Source of the DNA: Podarcis melisellensis | Lineage: Eukaryota | Length of the DNA: 64,000 nucleotides | Assembly (NCBI GenBank): GCA_964234715.1 | Contig: OZ174275.1 | Reading direction: 5' to 3' (one strand) | In this document: positions 1 to 13,511 of the stretch, in pieces | Numbering within the stretch: the first letter of the stretch is position 1 | How the letters are laid out: the number at the start of each line of letters is the position of its first letter | Translations under genes and position numbers: made by a program | The notes under the pieces: model-generated | Databases searched by the model: none | The model's input: the letters and a program-made list of their open reading frames with translations, nothing else | What the model was told of the DNA's origin: nothing

Positions 1-3000
1 CAGCAGGTATGCACTCTGGCCCCTGTGAGACCAGTGCTGCTGTGGAGGCCTCAGAGATGCTGTCTGAGGTCTTGCAAGACCTCAGAGGTTGCGCCGGGGC
101 CCCTGTGGTGTAGGTGCTGAGCCCACCAACAATTTTTTGTGGGGGCTCAGGCACCCAGCCCCCTTTATAGTTGGCACCCCTGGCCTGGGGTGACAGCCCC
201 CTCAGCCCCCTCCCACATGCTATGCCACTGGCATGCTTGACTTGGTAGGATGTTGTGCTGCTACTGAATTAAAGAGCAGCTTGGCATACAGAAATTAACT
301 TTTTTTCTAGCCCAGATAAAAAGTGATTTAAAAGGCTTCCTCTGCTTAATTCGTGTCTCCTGTCAGTAACAGTAGTATGGCCAGTTTAAAAAAATTAAAA
401 TAAATAAATTGGTCACTGTGTGAATGGATTACACCTGAAATGGATGCAGATGAGATGCAGTTCTTTTCTGAATGATGATATTTCTGAAGGAGAAAAAGCT
501 GAAAAGGAAATGCTGGACTTTGGCTATCAGGTCAGGAAATCCTCCAGCTTTCTGGTTTGTCAGCATGAGAAAATGTTGCCATTCTATTTGCCCCTTTTTG
601 CCCCGCACCTGCCTTCTCTCTGAGCAGCAGGGAGGAGCAGCTGATACAACAAAGGCTCTGCCAATTCCACACACCTTTTGTGCAAGTTGGCCTCCATCCA
701 CTTTTTCTCACCTGGGCACCATTGCGCCATGGATGGTATGACACAAAGTATCCAAAGTCAGAACATTTCTACTGTGAAGAAAGGTCACATTTGTTAAATG
801 TTGTCATCCTGGCAGGAGATCTGTTTTCATTCTCATAAGTTTAACAGCTCATTTGCTGATTATGCCATTAACGTATCCATGTATTTTCTGTCTCCCCAGG
901 GTCATTACTCTTGCAAAAGCATCATAAATTCAATTCACTGGAAGGTCACCAACACAGTTAAATTCCTATTTAAGTCTATATGCAAGTGTCCACTGGCTGA
1001 GAGAGGCGTGGGTCTGTCTGTTTGTCTGTTAGCAAACACGCAGCTTAGGTTCAAATTTTTCATCACATGGCAATTTCATCATTGGCTACTTTACTTTCTG
1101 GCATTTCCATGTACTATACACGACGTACAGCTTATATGGCACAAATCTGTGGCTCTCGCATTCCCTTGCTTGTACATCCCTGATGCCTTGCTTCTCCATC
1201 TGTGCTTACACTTCTTGTTTACATTTAGCACCAATTGCAATCACTTTAAATTCAGAAGTTGGGACAAACAGTTGTATTAGTAAGAAGCTAGTCAGATTTG
1301 CATATCTGTGTCAGTGAGGCACAGGAGAAGCAGAGCAGTGTTGGAGGGAATGCTGGGGGCAAGATCAGCCCTGAAGGAATCCTCTGCACTTAAGTGCTAG
1401 CAGCTGTTTGCATCCAGCCAGAGAGGCTTTGTAAACAGGATGTGCCTTGTTCTGCATCCAGAGAACACAATTGCTGAGCTGACCTGGGACAGAGAGGCTG
1501 CATTTAGGTCTGTGTACAAAAGGAAAATGTTCCTAGATTGGAAAAAAAATGTCCTAGGTCAACCTCTTTTAGATGCAACAATAAGTATAAATCACCAATA
1601 CTGGTGGAGAATTAGGAGTTCTCTCACTGACTCTCGGTATAAAAAGATAAAGAGAAAACAGCTCATAAAGACTTGAACTTCCAGCCCAATTAGGACAAAC
1701 TAGAGTAGATATGTGAACAGTACCAGATTGATTTGTTTGAATGGATAGGAATGGGGTGCAAGAGCAAAAGCAGCACAGACAGCTCCACTCTTTCCCTTGC
1801 CATTCTTTGTTTGTTCAAAATCATCCTTCCAAAAAAATCAAAAAATGACTCCACCACCACAGCAGAGGGGGCACAGAAATGTCCCCTAGGACCTCCCTGC
1901 CCTGGGGCTACAAATATCAGCTGCCTGACAACTCCCAACAGGCATGTGTGGGAAATGTGAACTGTATATGTTATGGTTCTTTTAGCCATCCTTTTCTTCT
2001 TTCCTACCAGTCTTTGCCCCCCCCAATATTTGATGGAAAGGGCCAGGGACCCCTCAATTTAGACATCACACACAGCACGTGGTGTGCAGCACAGCTTCAG
2101 CGGCCGGCTCCTCCAAAGCACTTGGACTCCTCCAGTGGTCCAAACCTCATTAATTTGGTGTTGTTTTCCTCTCCCTTTCTTTTTTCCTTGGCAGATACCT
2201 TCAGTCCCTTTGCTTGTCTGTCTGATGCCTCCTCTTACTTCTCAGCTCTAACCCTCCCTGTTTACTCTTTCCCCATCGCTGCTACAAAGTGATATAGTCC
2301 ATCTTCAGGTCCCAGTTTCTCATTGGAATGTGTACGGAAGCAGATGACTTTCTCGCTGCAATTTTGTTTCCCATCCCCCTCTATTTTGTGAAGCAATTCA
2401 CCTTATTGTCATCCTCTTTTTCTGAATATCCCAATTGGACTTTTCCATCTGAGATGATGAAGCTGTTCTGGATGAGAAGATTGCAGTGGAGGCAGGTCCA
2501 TCAGGGGGAAACGGGACACTGCCCAATTAACTCTGCCCTTGACCATTCTTATTTGCAACCAATCTATCGGCTTCCTCATCCTTAATTGTAGTGTTGCCCT
2601 GTAGAACTCAGCAAGATGTAAGATGGGGCAACATTAGAATTAGTTGGCTCTGTTTGTCACTGGCAGATAAATGGTTTCCTTGCCTTCTGCCCTACCAACC
2701 TAAATGGGCACCAGCCACCACTGGAAGGATTACTATTTGTGCATATTCCACACACCTGTGACTACCCATGACTTAAGTGGGTTACCAAATGGCTATAGCA
2801 GACCCAACTCCAAAGTAATGCAGGTTTATATTCTCACGTGGTCAGTCCAAGTGGTCCAGAAAACCACAGAAAAATGTAAGGTCTCTAAACATTTTGCCAA
2901 TCAATAGATTTTGTTGTATTATACTGAGGTTCATAGCGCAAAGGAGAAATATGACTCCTAGCTGCTAAATGTAGTCAAGAAACAGGAGTTGGGAGAACAA

Positions 3001-5574
3001 TAACAAATCCCAGGAACAAGTTCAAACTGAAGAAACTTGCCTGCTGAAATGGGAAATTGGGGGAAGCAAAATGGTGTAAATTGGCTTACTCCTTTATTTT
3101 CTGCATCTGAGAATTTCACACTAAGAAAATTATTGCTTTTGAGTGTTAATAATAATCGGGGATAATGAAGTGTATGTTTTATCACAGGAAAAAGAAAATT
3201 CCAGACAGCTAGACAACTGTGTACTAAGGCTCCTATCTCTGGTCTTGACTTGAGCAGACAAAAGATCTTTTAAGTCTGCACTGCTGTTCTTTCTTCAAAA
3301 GACATCTTATCTGGCTGGCTATCTACAATAATGCAAGAAAAGAACAGAAAAAGGAAAACCTGAAAGCTTCTCCAGAGAAATAGCTGAAAGTCAGAGTGTG
3401 ACCTCAGCAGTTGTTAGCTCTAGTTATTTGACCTCACTGTAACTGAAATTAAGTGGGGTTTTTTTTTTAAAGAGATCATTTCTCATGTAGCTATAACTTT
3501 CATGCTGTTCCTTATTTGGTATTGTTTCAGTCAAACACGACAAAGAAGATTAGAAGTTTATCTTCGGGGAAGTCAGAGGTGTGCCACATTTAACTGCCAT
3601 TTGTTATAATTTACAAATCCCCAGCCCTGACAATAGACAGACATCCTGGAGCCCTTGACTTTCTGCACCACAGGTCTATAATGTCTTTCAGATCCATTAA
3701 TAAATTGCTGCCTTCATAACCGTTTAGATCTGTGATTTTTCTGATTTGTTTGTTGGATTTTGATTTAAATTATGAGTAACAGATAGTTCAGAAAGTAATC
3801 AGAGGCGAGACCAGTTAAGCAACCTTCCTAACAGGGCGCCCTCCAGACATGCTGGTGGGAGTTGTCGTCCAAACCATCTGGAGTGCAAAATGGTAAGAAA
3901 GGCCAAATTTTAGCAGTGCTTCTCAAGAAGTGTACCAGGTTCCTTCGAATCTCCACGAGGCAATCAGTAATGATGTTAGGCAAGCTTCTTTGAAAAACAA
4001 CTTGCCACAACGGCCATCAACTTTGCAGCCCCAGGAGAGTCGTTAACATATTTTGGGGGTGCACACTTAGGTGAGACGCAGGAAAACTGTGTTTTGTACA
4101 TGTTTTGAATTGGGCTCTCATTTGGGCTCTGAGCCTTGGTGCTGTAGGGAGTTGTTTAGACCTTTCCTTCAATGCCACCTTCCCACACTTATCCTCTCCC
4201 AGAAACAGCTGCTTGCTGTATGAGGGAAAACAAACACGTACCCAGCTTTGAGAAGTAGTTTAGATTTGGGGGCGGATGGTTGGCAGGTGGTGGTGGTGAT
4301 TAAACTTTCCCTTCTCAGCACCACGGCCCAGATATGCTCTCCCTCCCTAATACATTTCTGCTTTTAACTTTAAAAAGATAGATGAAGATTCTGACCGAGT
4401 GTCTCTTGCATTACACCTAAGTTACATTACACCTCAGTTCTCAGAGTGATGCTCAATATACCAGTAAAATACCTCATGTGAACAAAGGGCATCTTGTATC
4501 ATGCTGAACTGGAATCTATTAGCAAATGTGACATTGGACCCACTCAAACATTCATGTCAAAATGCAGCTACTGTAGCTCTTGATCTTAAGAAATCCTGAG
4601 ACTGTCTAGTTCCCTACAGAAAATAATTGTTCCGCCTCCCATGAGCTGATTTTTTTTAACATTATTGATTTTGCCGTGTCTATTTGTCACCACTAGATTT
4701 TCATCAGGATTTGAGTCTCACCCATGTTGGCTGGATCTTACATTCACTTGCCGGGATTCTATATTAATTTGTGCTCTGCAAGATGGCGACAACCCTATTG
4801 CTATCTGCTGTATCGCTTGAACTTTTGGCCTCACTTTGTGAATCAGCAATTTGAGTTAGAGAACTAAAACAAAAACTTCCACATATGAAGACCAATTCAT
4901 TCTCTGGAAGCAGGGAGGAAGGCAGCAAACTTCTGTTGCAAAGCTTTGTTTGTTCCAGCAGACTAACTTTGTCTTTAGAGGCACGTTCAGGGCAAAGAGT
5001 GCTTTTGAACTACATTATCACTTGTAATTCCATAATTATGTTGTTTTTTTTCTGCCTTAAAAAAAATACAGTGAAGCAACTCAAGTTGAGAAAATTGGTG
5101 GATGAGATGGGGCTGAGAGTAGGATGTTTAATCCTTCCTTTGCCAGCTATTTGTCAACTCAAAATTCATTCCTTGTTCCAAAAACCTTCCCACTGGAGCA
5201 GGTTGAAGGGACTTGGACAAATGGCTGGCAAGATGAAGGTTAAAAAATATCCTCCTTACCTGCCACTCAACCTGAAGCCACCAATAGGAGTTTGGCTTTT
5301 CAAAAAGAAGTTGGGAAGGTAAGGTATAGTTTAGCCCCATATGTTGTTTTTCCCAAGCAGATTATGACTGCTACCCCTCAGGAATTTATCTACATGGTAT
5401 ATTTTGTGTTACAACATTACAGTAGTTGTAATGATTTTCTGTCAGTTCTGGATGACTACACATTTAATTTTCCTCCCACCTGTACTCATGTTTGTTTACA
5501 GATAAAATGCTTCAGATGTTGAATTTTTTCCTTGTAGGGGAGTTGCTTCAACTGCCTGGTAAATCTGAGTTGCC

Positions 5575-5870
5575 CTTTTCTAGCTCTGGAATATTATTTT
5601 TGAGGTACAGCACCAGAATTGTGCACAGCACTCCAAGGGTAGCCACACCACAGCAGTTTGTATAACAGCAGTTTTAGTTTCCTTTCCTAATTATCCTTAA
5701 CGTGGAATTTGCCTTTTTTCCACAGCTGCCACACACTGGTCTGACATTTTCATTCAGCTGTCTACCAGAACCCAGGATCTACCAGTTCCATGGGATCTAT
5801 ATGTGGATCATTTTATTTTTTGGCCCACTTTACACTTGCTTACACTGAACTTTGTTTGCCATTTCAAGTG
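5575..5870 (-). mobile_element. Degraded CR1-type LINE ORF2 3' fragment (approximate bounds)
   Basis: Motifs 'accagaattgtgcacagcactccaag', 'gccttttttccacagctgccacacactgg' and 'acccaggatct' resemble antisense CR1 (recalled consensus). Confidence 0.65.
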
Positions 5871-6428
5871 CAGTTGTAGAGTTGTGGGGTAAGAGCATCT
5901 TCTATCCCTAGGTTGCAAATCTGAACCAGGATATGATACGGTATCTTTATTGTCATTGTCCCATACAGAATATGATCATCAATAATATTTGGTTAATACA
6001 GACTAAGCAATTTGGGCTTTTTTGTGTGTGAACTAATACATGTCTACTAATACATTACTTTCCATGCACCGCCCCCCGCTGCATCATACCCAAAACTTGC
6101 TGATGCACATTAGAAAAAGGGCATGGGGAATTTGATAACTCATGGAAGTCCAAATTGCATTGCTTACATTACTGTTATGCTGACACAACTGATTAGATGT
6201 AAAAACTGCAATTTACAAAAAAATTGTACTCTACAACCTTAACAAAGCATTGTTCCAGCCAGTATTGCTTGTTTGGGTAGTATTCAGCACTAGTGTTACT
6301 CAGAGTAGATCCAGGAGAGTTAATAGATGTGCGATATTAGATTTGTTAATTTCTTTGGGTTTGCTCAGAGTAGAACTTAGTTGAATACACTCTTTATATC
6401 TTATCCCATCCCAAGAGATCAGGGCAGT

Positions 6429-6627
6429 NNNNNNNNNNNNNNNNNNNNNNNNNNNNNNNNNNNNNNNNNNNNNNNNNNNNNNNNNNNNNNNNNNNNNNNN
6501 NNNNNNNNNNNNNNNNNNNNNNNNNNNNNNNNNNNNNNNNNNNNNNNNNNNNNNNNNNNNNNNNNNNNNNNNNNNNNNNNNNNNNNNNNNNNNNNNNNNN
6601 NNNNNNNNNNNNNNNNNNNNNNNNNNN
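6429..6627. other. Assembly gap (199 N)
   Basis: Run of n characters. Confidence 1.
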
Positions 6628-6659
6628 AGAGTTCATAAGAAGACAAGGCACATAATTTT

Positions 6660-7030
6660 TTAAAAGGAAATTAATCAGCCAGCGTACCAGATGGAGCTGG
6701 TAGACAGCTGCCCTGGACAAAGAATTAACCTGTGACTCCATGGACTGCTGTCCAAAATGACTTCCAGGCTGCACACCTGATCCTTCAGGAGCAGTCACCC
6801 CATTCACGACTAGAGAGTCTCCCACCCCGCCCACCCCCTGTGCTCCAGGAACAATACTTCTGTCTTGTCAGGATTTAACTTCAATTTATTAGCTGCCATC
6901 CATCCTGCATCTGTCTCCAGACACTCACACAGGACATTCATCACCTTCACTGGTTCCAGGTAGAGCTGGGTATCATCTGCATGCTGGTGAACACCCAGCC
7001 CAAGCCCCCTAATGATCTCTTCCAGCCACT
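6660..7030 (-). mobile_element. L2-clade LINE reverse transcriptase fragment
   Basis: Minus-strand ORF contains HQHADDTQLYL (degenerate YADD) and WMAANKLKLNPDKTEVL, typical of L2/CR1 RT. Confidence 0.85.
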
Positions 7031-7165
7031 TCAATGTCATGTTGTGTCATGTTACATCACGTAACATCACAGACGTCATTGGGCACCCATAACCTGGGGC
7101 CAAAGTCAGTACCCCTGTCACCCACAGAGGAGAGAGTCTTCCTCACAGAGCAGTAAATTCCAATA

Positions 7166-7378
7166 CAGTCATACCTCAAAAGTCAAACAGAATCCGTTCC
7201 AGAAGTCCGTCCGACTTTAGAAACGTTCAAGTTCCAAAGTGCGGCTTCTGAATGCCCCGCCGGATGTTCAGCTTCTGAAAGAACGTTCAAAAACCAGAAC
7301 ACTCACACTTCCCGTTTTCAATCATTTAGGAGCTGGAATGTTCGCCTCCCAAGGCGTTCGGGAGCTGAGGTACGACTG
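7166..7378. mobile_element. Tc1/mariner (Tigger-like) MITE
   Basis: TIRs CAGTCATACCTC / GAGGTACGACTG (1 mismatch), flanked by TA on both sides. Confidence 0.85.
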
Positions 7379-8989
7379 TATGGCATTATTAGTTAAATAT
7401 TGGTGCCTTTTCCTCCTGTTCTCCACCCTGTCTTTGAAAGATGTGAAATGCTTCAGTTCTCAAGAGCTAGAAGCAGCACCCCACGTTTGCCCTCATGAGC
7501 AGTTTTCCTTTAGATGGACACTTCACATTCCACGATAATCTTGAAGTGATGAAGCCACAGCAAGGAAGGTGGGTCTTGATGGTGGCAGTGGCTGAAAGAC
7601 AGGTTCTCTTGGGGTCAGTCAATATTGACTGACTTGATTGATTTGGGGTCAGTTCAATATTGACCCCAGCCTGGCGTCAGTCAATATTGCTGCCTAAATC
7701 CATCTGGGGGTGGAGCCAGCTGACAGCCATCTTCAGTGCACATATTTTTTTCCTAACTAGGTTACAGTCATTTTACAGGTGATCTACTGGCTTGATCAAA
7801 ACTTTGCTATGCTCTTACAGGCCTCCCCTTAGAGGCAGCTACTTCCATGGCTGTGGCTCCATAAAGTGAGCCATTAATAGTGAACACACCTCACCAGTCA
7901 CATATCTTCCAACATTCCTCAGATGAAAATAGGGACTACAATTTTATTTTATTATTTGGTAGATTTATAAAAAGAAAAGCACACACCAGTAAATAAACAT
8001 TAGAAAGGGGCAAGATTAGATGCGGACGCACAAAGCATTTATCTGTTTTTTAAAAATAAAGACTTCTTGTCTTCCACTCCCTCTTTTTCTCCACTCAGGG
8101 CAGCCCGGTCTTCTGCCTGCCCCTCAGAGCTGGCGCATCATATGACTCTGGGCTGCGGCGGCAGCAACCTCCCTCCTTGCCCACTCTCCAGCAGTTGCTA
8201 AGAGCTGTCCAAGGGAGGAGGCCAGCAGCAGCAGATACAGTAGGATATTTGGCTCTTCTTCCAAGCAGACAGAGCGAATTTGTGTATAAAACAAGAGAGG
8301 CACAATCTAGCAGGAGTTCCATTGGCTTGAATGGAAGAGTTAAATATATGCTAAAATATATAAAGTGCTTAAATGTGACTGGGTGGTGCTGTGGCTGCTT
8401 ATGGTTGTTGACATCCACCATGGCATGTAGTCCAACAGCAGTCAGGATGAGTTATCATCACAGGGGAACAACCATATTTTTAATGGAAGTGCATCTGGCA
8501 GATGCATGTGACAAATGCTCACAGGAATACAGATGGCTGCTTCCTTCCTTCAGCCTGGATGTTGATTCCAGGTTCTTCAAAGGAGATGTGGAAGTCAGGA
8601 AGCCGAGGAGGAATTTCACAATACTTTTGGGAAGTATCAAAACTTCACATTTCATACCAACATTTGAAATCTGTAAACTTCAATCACTAGGAATGACATT
8701 TCTAGGCTACTGGTAGTAGAAGAGGACACTGTTGATGATGTCAGCGCAAGAATCCAGTGTACTGTCTTTGAAATCTTGGAAGAAAGATGGTCAACAGAAG
8801 AATTTCACTAAATGCATATGAAGTGGACATGCAATTAAACATTCCTTTTCCATTGTGAGACATTCAGCGCTATCCTCATGCAGTTATAAAAAATATTGCT
8901 TATGGCTCAGAGACTTCCTTTTCACTGCTATTAAATTATCGTGTGCAACACACACACACACACATTTGATACTGGCCATTTTCCAACTC

Positions 8990-9037
<48 letters not shown>

Positions 9038-9436
9038 GTTTTATTTATATCCCGCCCTCCCCAGCCGAAGCCGGGCTCAGGGCGGCTAACAACATTAAAA
9101 CAGTACAACATTATAAAACATTATAAAAATGAATTAAAATCAAAATTGATGGCAACCGTAAACTAAAGTTTTGTAAAGATTGCCAAAGGAGGGAGTCAGG
9201 CTGCGCCCTGACCAAAGGCCAGGTGGAACAGCTCTGTCTTGCAGGCCCTGCGGAAAGATGTCAAGTCCTGGAGGGCCCTTGTCTCTTGTGACAGAGCGTT
9301 CCACCAGGTTGGAGCCGCAGCCGAAAAAGCCCTGACTCTAGTTGAGGCCAGCCTAACCTCTCTGTGGCCTGGGACCTTCAAGGTGTTTTTATTTGAAGAC
9401 CGTAGGTTCCTCTGTGGGGCATACCAGGAGAGGCGG
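8990..9436 (-). mobile_element. 5'-truncated L2 LINE 3' end with (TTA)16 tail
   Basis: Minus-strand peptide RAFSAAAPTWWNALSQETRALQDLTSFRRACKTELFHLAF (L2 ORF2 C-terminus); (TAA)16 at 8990-9037; AACTCTA at both flanks. Confidence 0.88.
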
Positions 9437-11271
9437 AACTCTAGGTATAACAAGGCAGCAAGTAATGTTTTCAACATTCTGGCAGCTTCAGACACTAATT
9501 CATGCTGTAGCTGCTTATGTGTTGGAGTCTTAAGTGAACAGTTTTAAGTCCAACAATTCTGAAAACTACTAGGCTACATCCAAGCATAACTGATTTGATA
9601 TTGATTGATTTGAATTGATAAAATTGGTGAATCAAAGATGCATTGCTTTTCGTGTTCATGAAACTGATGAGAAGGTTCTGTATCTGCTTAATTATTATTA
9701 TTTTTAAAGTCTACAATATGTAATGGAGTTGAGCCTGCTGTTCTCTAATAATTAATCAAGATAACTGATATTTATGTGGGAGATGAGTGTGTTTGTTTCT
9801 AAAAGCAGACAATGGAAGCTTCAGCCAACAATCTGCCTGCTTCAGATAAGAATCTCGTACTTCCCTTCTATCTTAATAAGAGACTTCTATTTAAGGGTTC
9901 CCTTTAATGGTAATCCAATAAAGATTTTCTCACACATGTGAATGTAATTAAAACAGTCATTAGAGTTTCTGATAAACCTAAATCTCCAATAAATGATTAG
10001 CAATGCAATTGTAGGCATGCTTCTTTGGAAGCAAGTCCAAGGAAACTTGGAGGGTAGCTTACTCCCAGGTAAGTGTGCACAGGATCACACAATGGGAGTC
10101 ATATTCACACCATACATTTAAAGCACATTATTTCCCCAAAAGAACCCTGGGAACACTCTAAATGAATTACATTTTATCAGCTCCATATTATGGATAGTGC
10201 AAGACTGACCCATTGATTTCTCCACCATATCGTTTGAAGTCTTCCAAGTTAGAGATTAAGCATGGTAATCGACTAAATTTCACTCAGAGTGCACCCAATG
10301 AAATTAAGGAGCATGACTCACGTAGGCCCATCAATTTCAGTGGGTCTACTCTAAATAAAACTTAGTTCAATACTATCCTCAGCATTTTCACACAATTCAA
10401 AGTGTAACCCATCCAGCAGAGTAGCAATGTCTGCCAGGGTGGAGCTTTGATATGCAGACAGTGGTTCCGCTGCCCTGCATGGAATTACTACCCAGATGCT
10501 TAGAAAATTGAGGTCATTTTAATGTCAGATTTGTAAGATTATGTGCTGCAACTCTGCTTCTCGTAGTGAAAACTTAAACCCATTGGCCCAACCGCTTGTT
10601 TCAAACTCTTGCATCGCATCTGTGAGCATTGTTCACACAGGATAGCAAATGGAAAGCAAACAGTTTTAAGTCCATTCTAAGTCCATTCTACTGAATGATG
10701 AATGTGGCAAATGCAAAAATGACACTTGTGAACGTGAATTTAGGCATGAATGGAATTGCAACCCCCAGCCCTAGACAAACAGACAACAATTCAACATGTA
10801 GATAAGCTCCCTGATGTAGGTTTCCATTTAACTTATGAACTGTAGACATTACATGGAAATAATCCCCATTGATTCAAGATCACTGATAGGTAACAACCCC
10901 CAGTAGCTTCTTCTTGGCAAAGCAGCTTCTGGAAGAGCAAGTAGCTGTGGAGATGAAGCCAGGAGCCCTTAACCATTCTCCTGCCAACTGACGTTCTTCT
11001 TGAAGTCACCCCAGCTGTTCCTCTCCCAATGCAGAAAAACCCTGCACAAAGGGAAAGTATATGGGGGATTAATGATGTTTAGTTGTTATTTTTACTATTT
11101 AGATATTTCCCCCACCCTTTCTTCAAAGAGCTCAAGGCAGCATATATGCTTCCTCCATTTCTCCTCACAAGAACCCTGTGGAGTAGGCTAGGCAGAGAGA
11201 CATTGTAAGTAATTATTGTGGCTGATGGAAAACAGGGGCTGACTTGGGCTGATGGAAGTTGTAGTCTAAAA

Positions 11272-11407
11272 CAGGCAAAGGCAAACTCGGCCCTCCAGAT
11301 GTTTTGGGACTACAACTCCCATCATCCCTGACCACTGGTCCTGTTAGCTAGGGATGATGGGAGTTGTAGTCCCGAAACATCTGGAGGGCCGAGTTTGCCT
11401 ATGCCTG
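11272..11407. mobile_element. Palindromic hAT MITE with 8-bp TSD
   Basis: Near-perfect ~55-bp inverted arms (CAGGCAAAGGCAAACTCGGCCCTCCAGATG...); TSD GTCTAAAA at 11264-11271 and 11408-11415. Confidence 0.92.
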
Positions 11408-13192
11408 GTCTAAAACATCTGGATGGCACCAGGTTGACAAAGGCCAGCATAGAAGCAGCAGCCTGGGGTTGTGGGTGGGTTTCTAACATGAAATTTAACA
11501 AGGAATATTTCGATTAAAAGTTTGATCTCAGCACTTACCATTCGGTGCCCATTTAGGCTGCTAAAATCCCACAACAGCTTAATGTTCCTAATTAATTGGA
11601 AAGTATTGATAGGGCTGGTACTCTTTCCTCTCATTGCACCTCTCAAAAAAGTCATTGAAAAGAAGTGCCATATTTCTCAGCAGAAATAGAAACAGGAGCT
11701 CCATGCTGCCCTCACATATTTCACTACACCATTTCTCCTACTTAGCAGGTTACCTTTTAATACATGAATGCGAAGATCTGTAAGATACACTGTTTAAGGA
11801 ATTTTGTTTTTACCTAGTATGTTCATGATATTACTGTACAGTAACAGACTAGATGGAAAATATGAGTTTGGACTGGAGAGTATGAGATTTGCTGTCTTTC
11901 CAAGTCATGTATCTTCAAGTTAATTCAAAGCAGAAGTACTCTGTATATTCAGGCTCCAAAGCTCTTACCCCATTCTATAATTTTTACAAACATATAGCAG
12001 AAAGCAAAAAGGGATCAACTAATCTAGCTAGATGAATTGCCAAATGCACCTGACAAGTTGCATTTGGTAAGACTTATTTTCCTGTTGCCATATCAGACAA
12101 TATGAAGTTATGTCCTACAATAGATATTGTTCATGCAGGCTTTTCAATGAAAGTGGAGCAACCAAGTAGTCACTGGGTAACATTCTGAGATTGGGGTTAG
12201 ACTCAATGGGCTTTTGGTGGCCCCAACCCTGTAATTCTCATCACAGGAAGAGAGTGTTAAGAAGGTCAGATAGGGTAGATAAGCTTCATATTGAAAATCT
12301 CTTTTGCCTGCAAAACAAAAGAGCTGGCCAAGTACAAGAAACTTGTTGCCACAGAAACGAAATAGCTGGGAATCCTTTGTGAGGGTCCTTATCCTCCTCT
12401 CCCTTGGCTGCAGGTGATGACAACATCAAGGTGTCTGCTTTTGAAATAGAGCATTAAACTGGCAATCCTGGGATTGGAGTCTGAGAGAATGAAAGCCCTG
12501 ACTTGTTATGGCATTTAAAAGCTAATGGGAGAGCAGGACCCTTCAATTTTATATCCAACCTATTTATAAGTGCATCTATGTGGTTAGCATTGCTGTGTAA
12601 ATGTAATATTGACAAAATACAATAAACCCTGTAAAGCTGCACATGCCACATGCTGAACATACCCACATTGGGCATGCCAAGCTACCAAGACATTTCATTT
12701 CGTGAACACAGAAATGAGTTATGAGTTAATACGTTTGGCAGAGCTATCCAAACGAGTGCTGCAGTGATTACAACAGAACATGTGCAAACAATTATCAACT
12801 TTCAGTGCCAACAAAAGAAAACTTGAACTCCCCATAAGGAATATCTAAGAGTTCATGACTAATTCAATGCACAAATCACAGAGCAGATACGCTAGGGTTA
12901 GAGTTCGAAAGCCTTCTTTGGGGGGAAGACTGAGTTAGAAATAGAAATATTTTGACTACCTTGTGAACCTAGCCCAGGTAAAAATGTGTAGAGGTAGGAC
13001 AGAGGGTTGTGTGCTCAGACCTTGGCCTCTACATGTTCAAGGTGTTATTTGCAAAGCAGGCCATAAGTATACACTTGAATATAGTATACACTAGTATATA
13101 CTAGGCTGCCTGTGCATGATGCTTGCCCTGCATTAATGAATGAATGGATCCCATGCATGTAGAAAGCTTCTCCAGTTGTATGTGGATGAATC

Positions 13193-13511
13193 CAGGGCCA
13201 GCCCACCCATGAGGCAAGGTGAGGCAATTGCCTCAGACAGAAGGATCCACAGGGGCAGCAGATCCAGCCTCCAAGAAATGCTGCAGCTGCTGTAGCTGGC
13301 AGGAACAGCTGTGGCACACTCCTTCAAGGCTGGATCTGCCCCCTCCTTGGCAGCCCCACTGAATGCTGCTTCTACAGAGGCCTCTTGGTGAATAGAAAGT
13401 GCTGCTGGTCTCCTCCCCACCGCTATTCTTCACTCACCCTTTCTTCCCTGGCAGGAGGGAGCATCATGTTGAGGTTCACCTCAGTTGCCGATATGTCTTG
13501 GGCTGGCCCTG
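13193..13511. mobile_element. Non-autonomous hAT element
   Basis: TIRs CAGGGCCAGCCCA / TGGGCTGGCCCTG; flanks GATGAATC / GATGAATG (7/8 TSD match). Confidence 0.8.

Noticed and set aside
6381-6834. ORFs spanning the N run
   Set aside because: Artefacts of translating the assembly gap.
8177-8870. 179-aa ORF and coding-like composition upstream of FN1
   Set aside because: No recognisable protein family or exon structure; may be a decayed TE, but I cannot support a call without a tBLASTx search.
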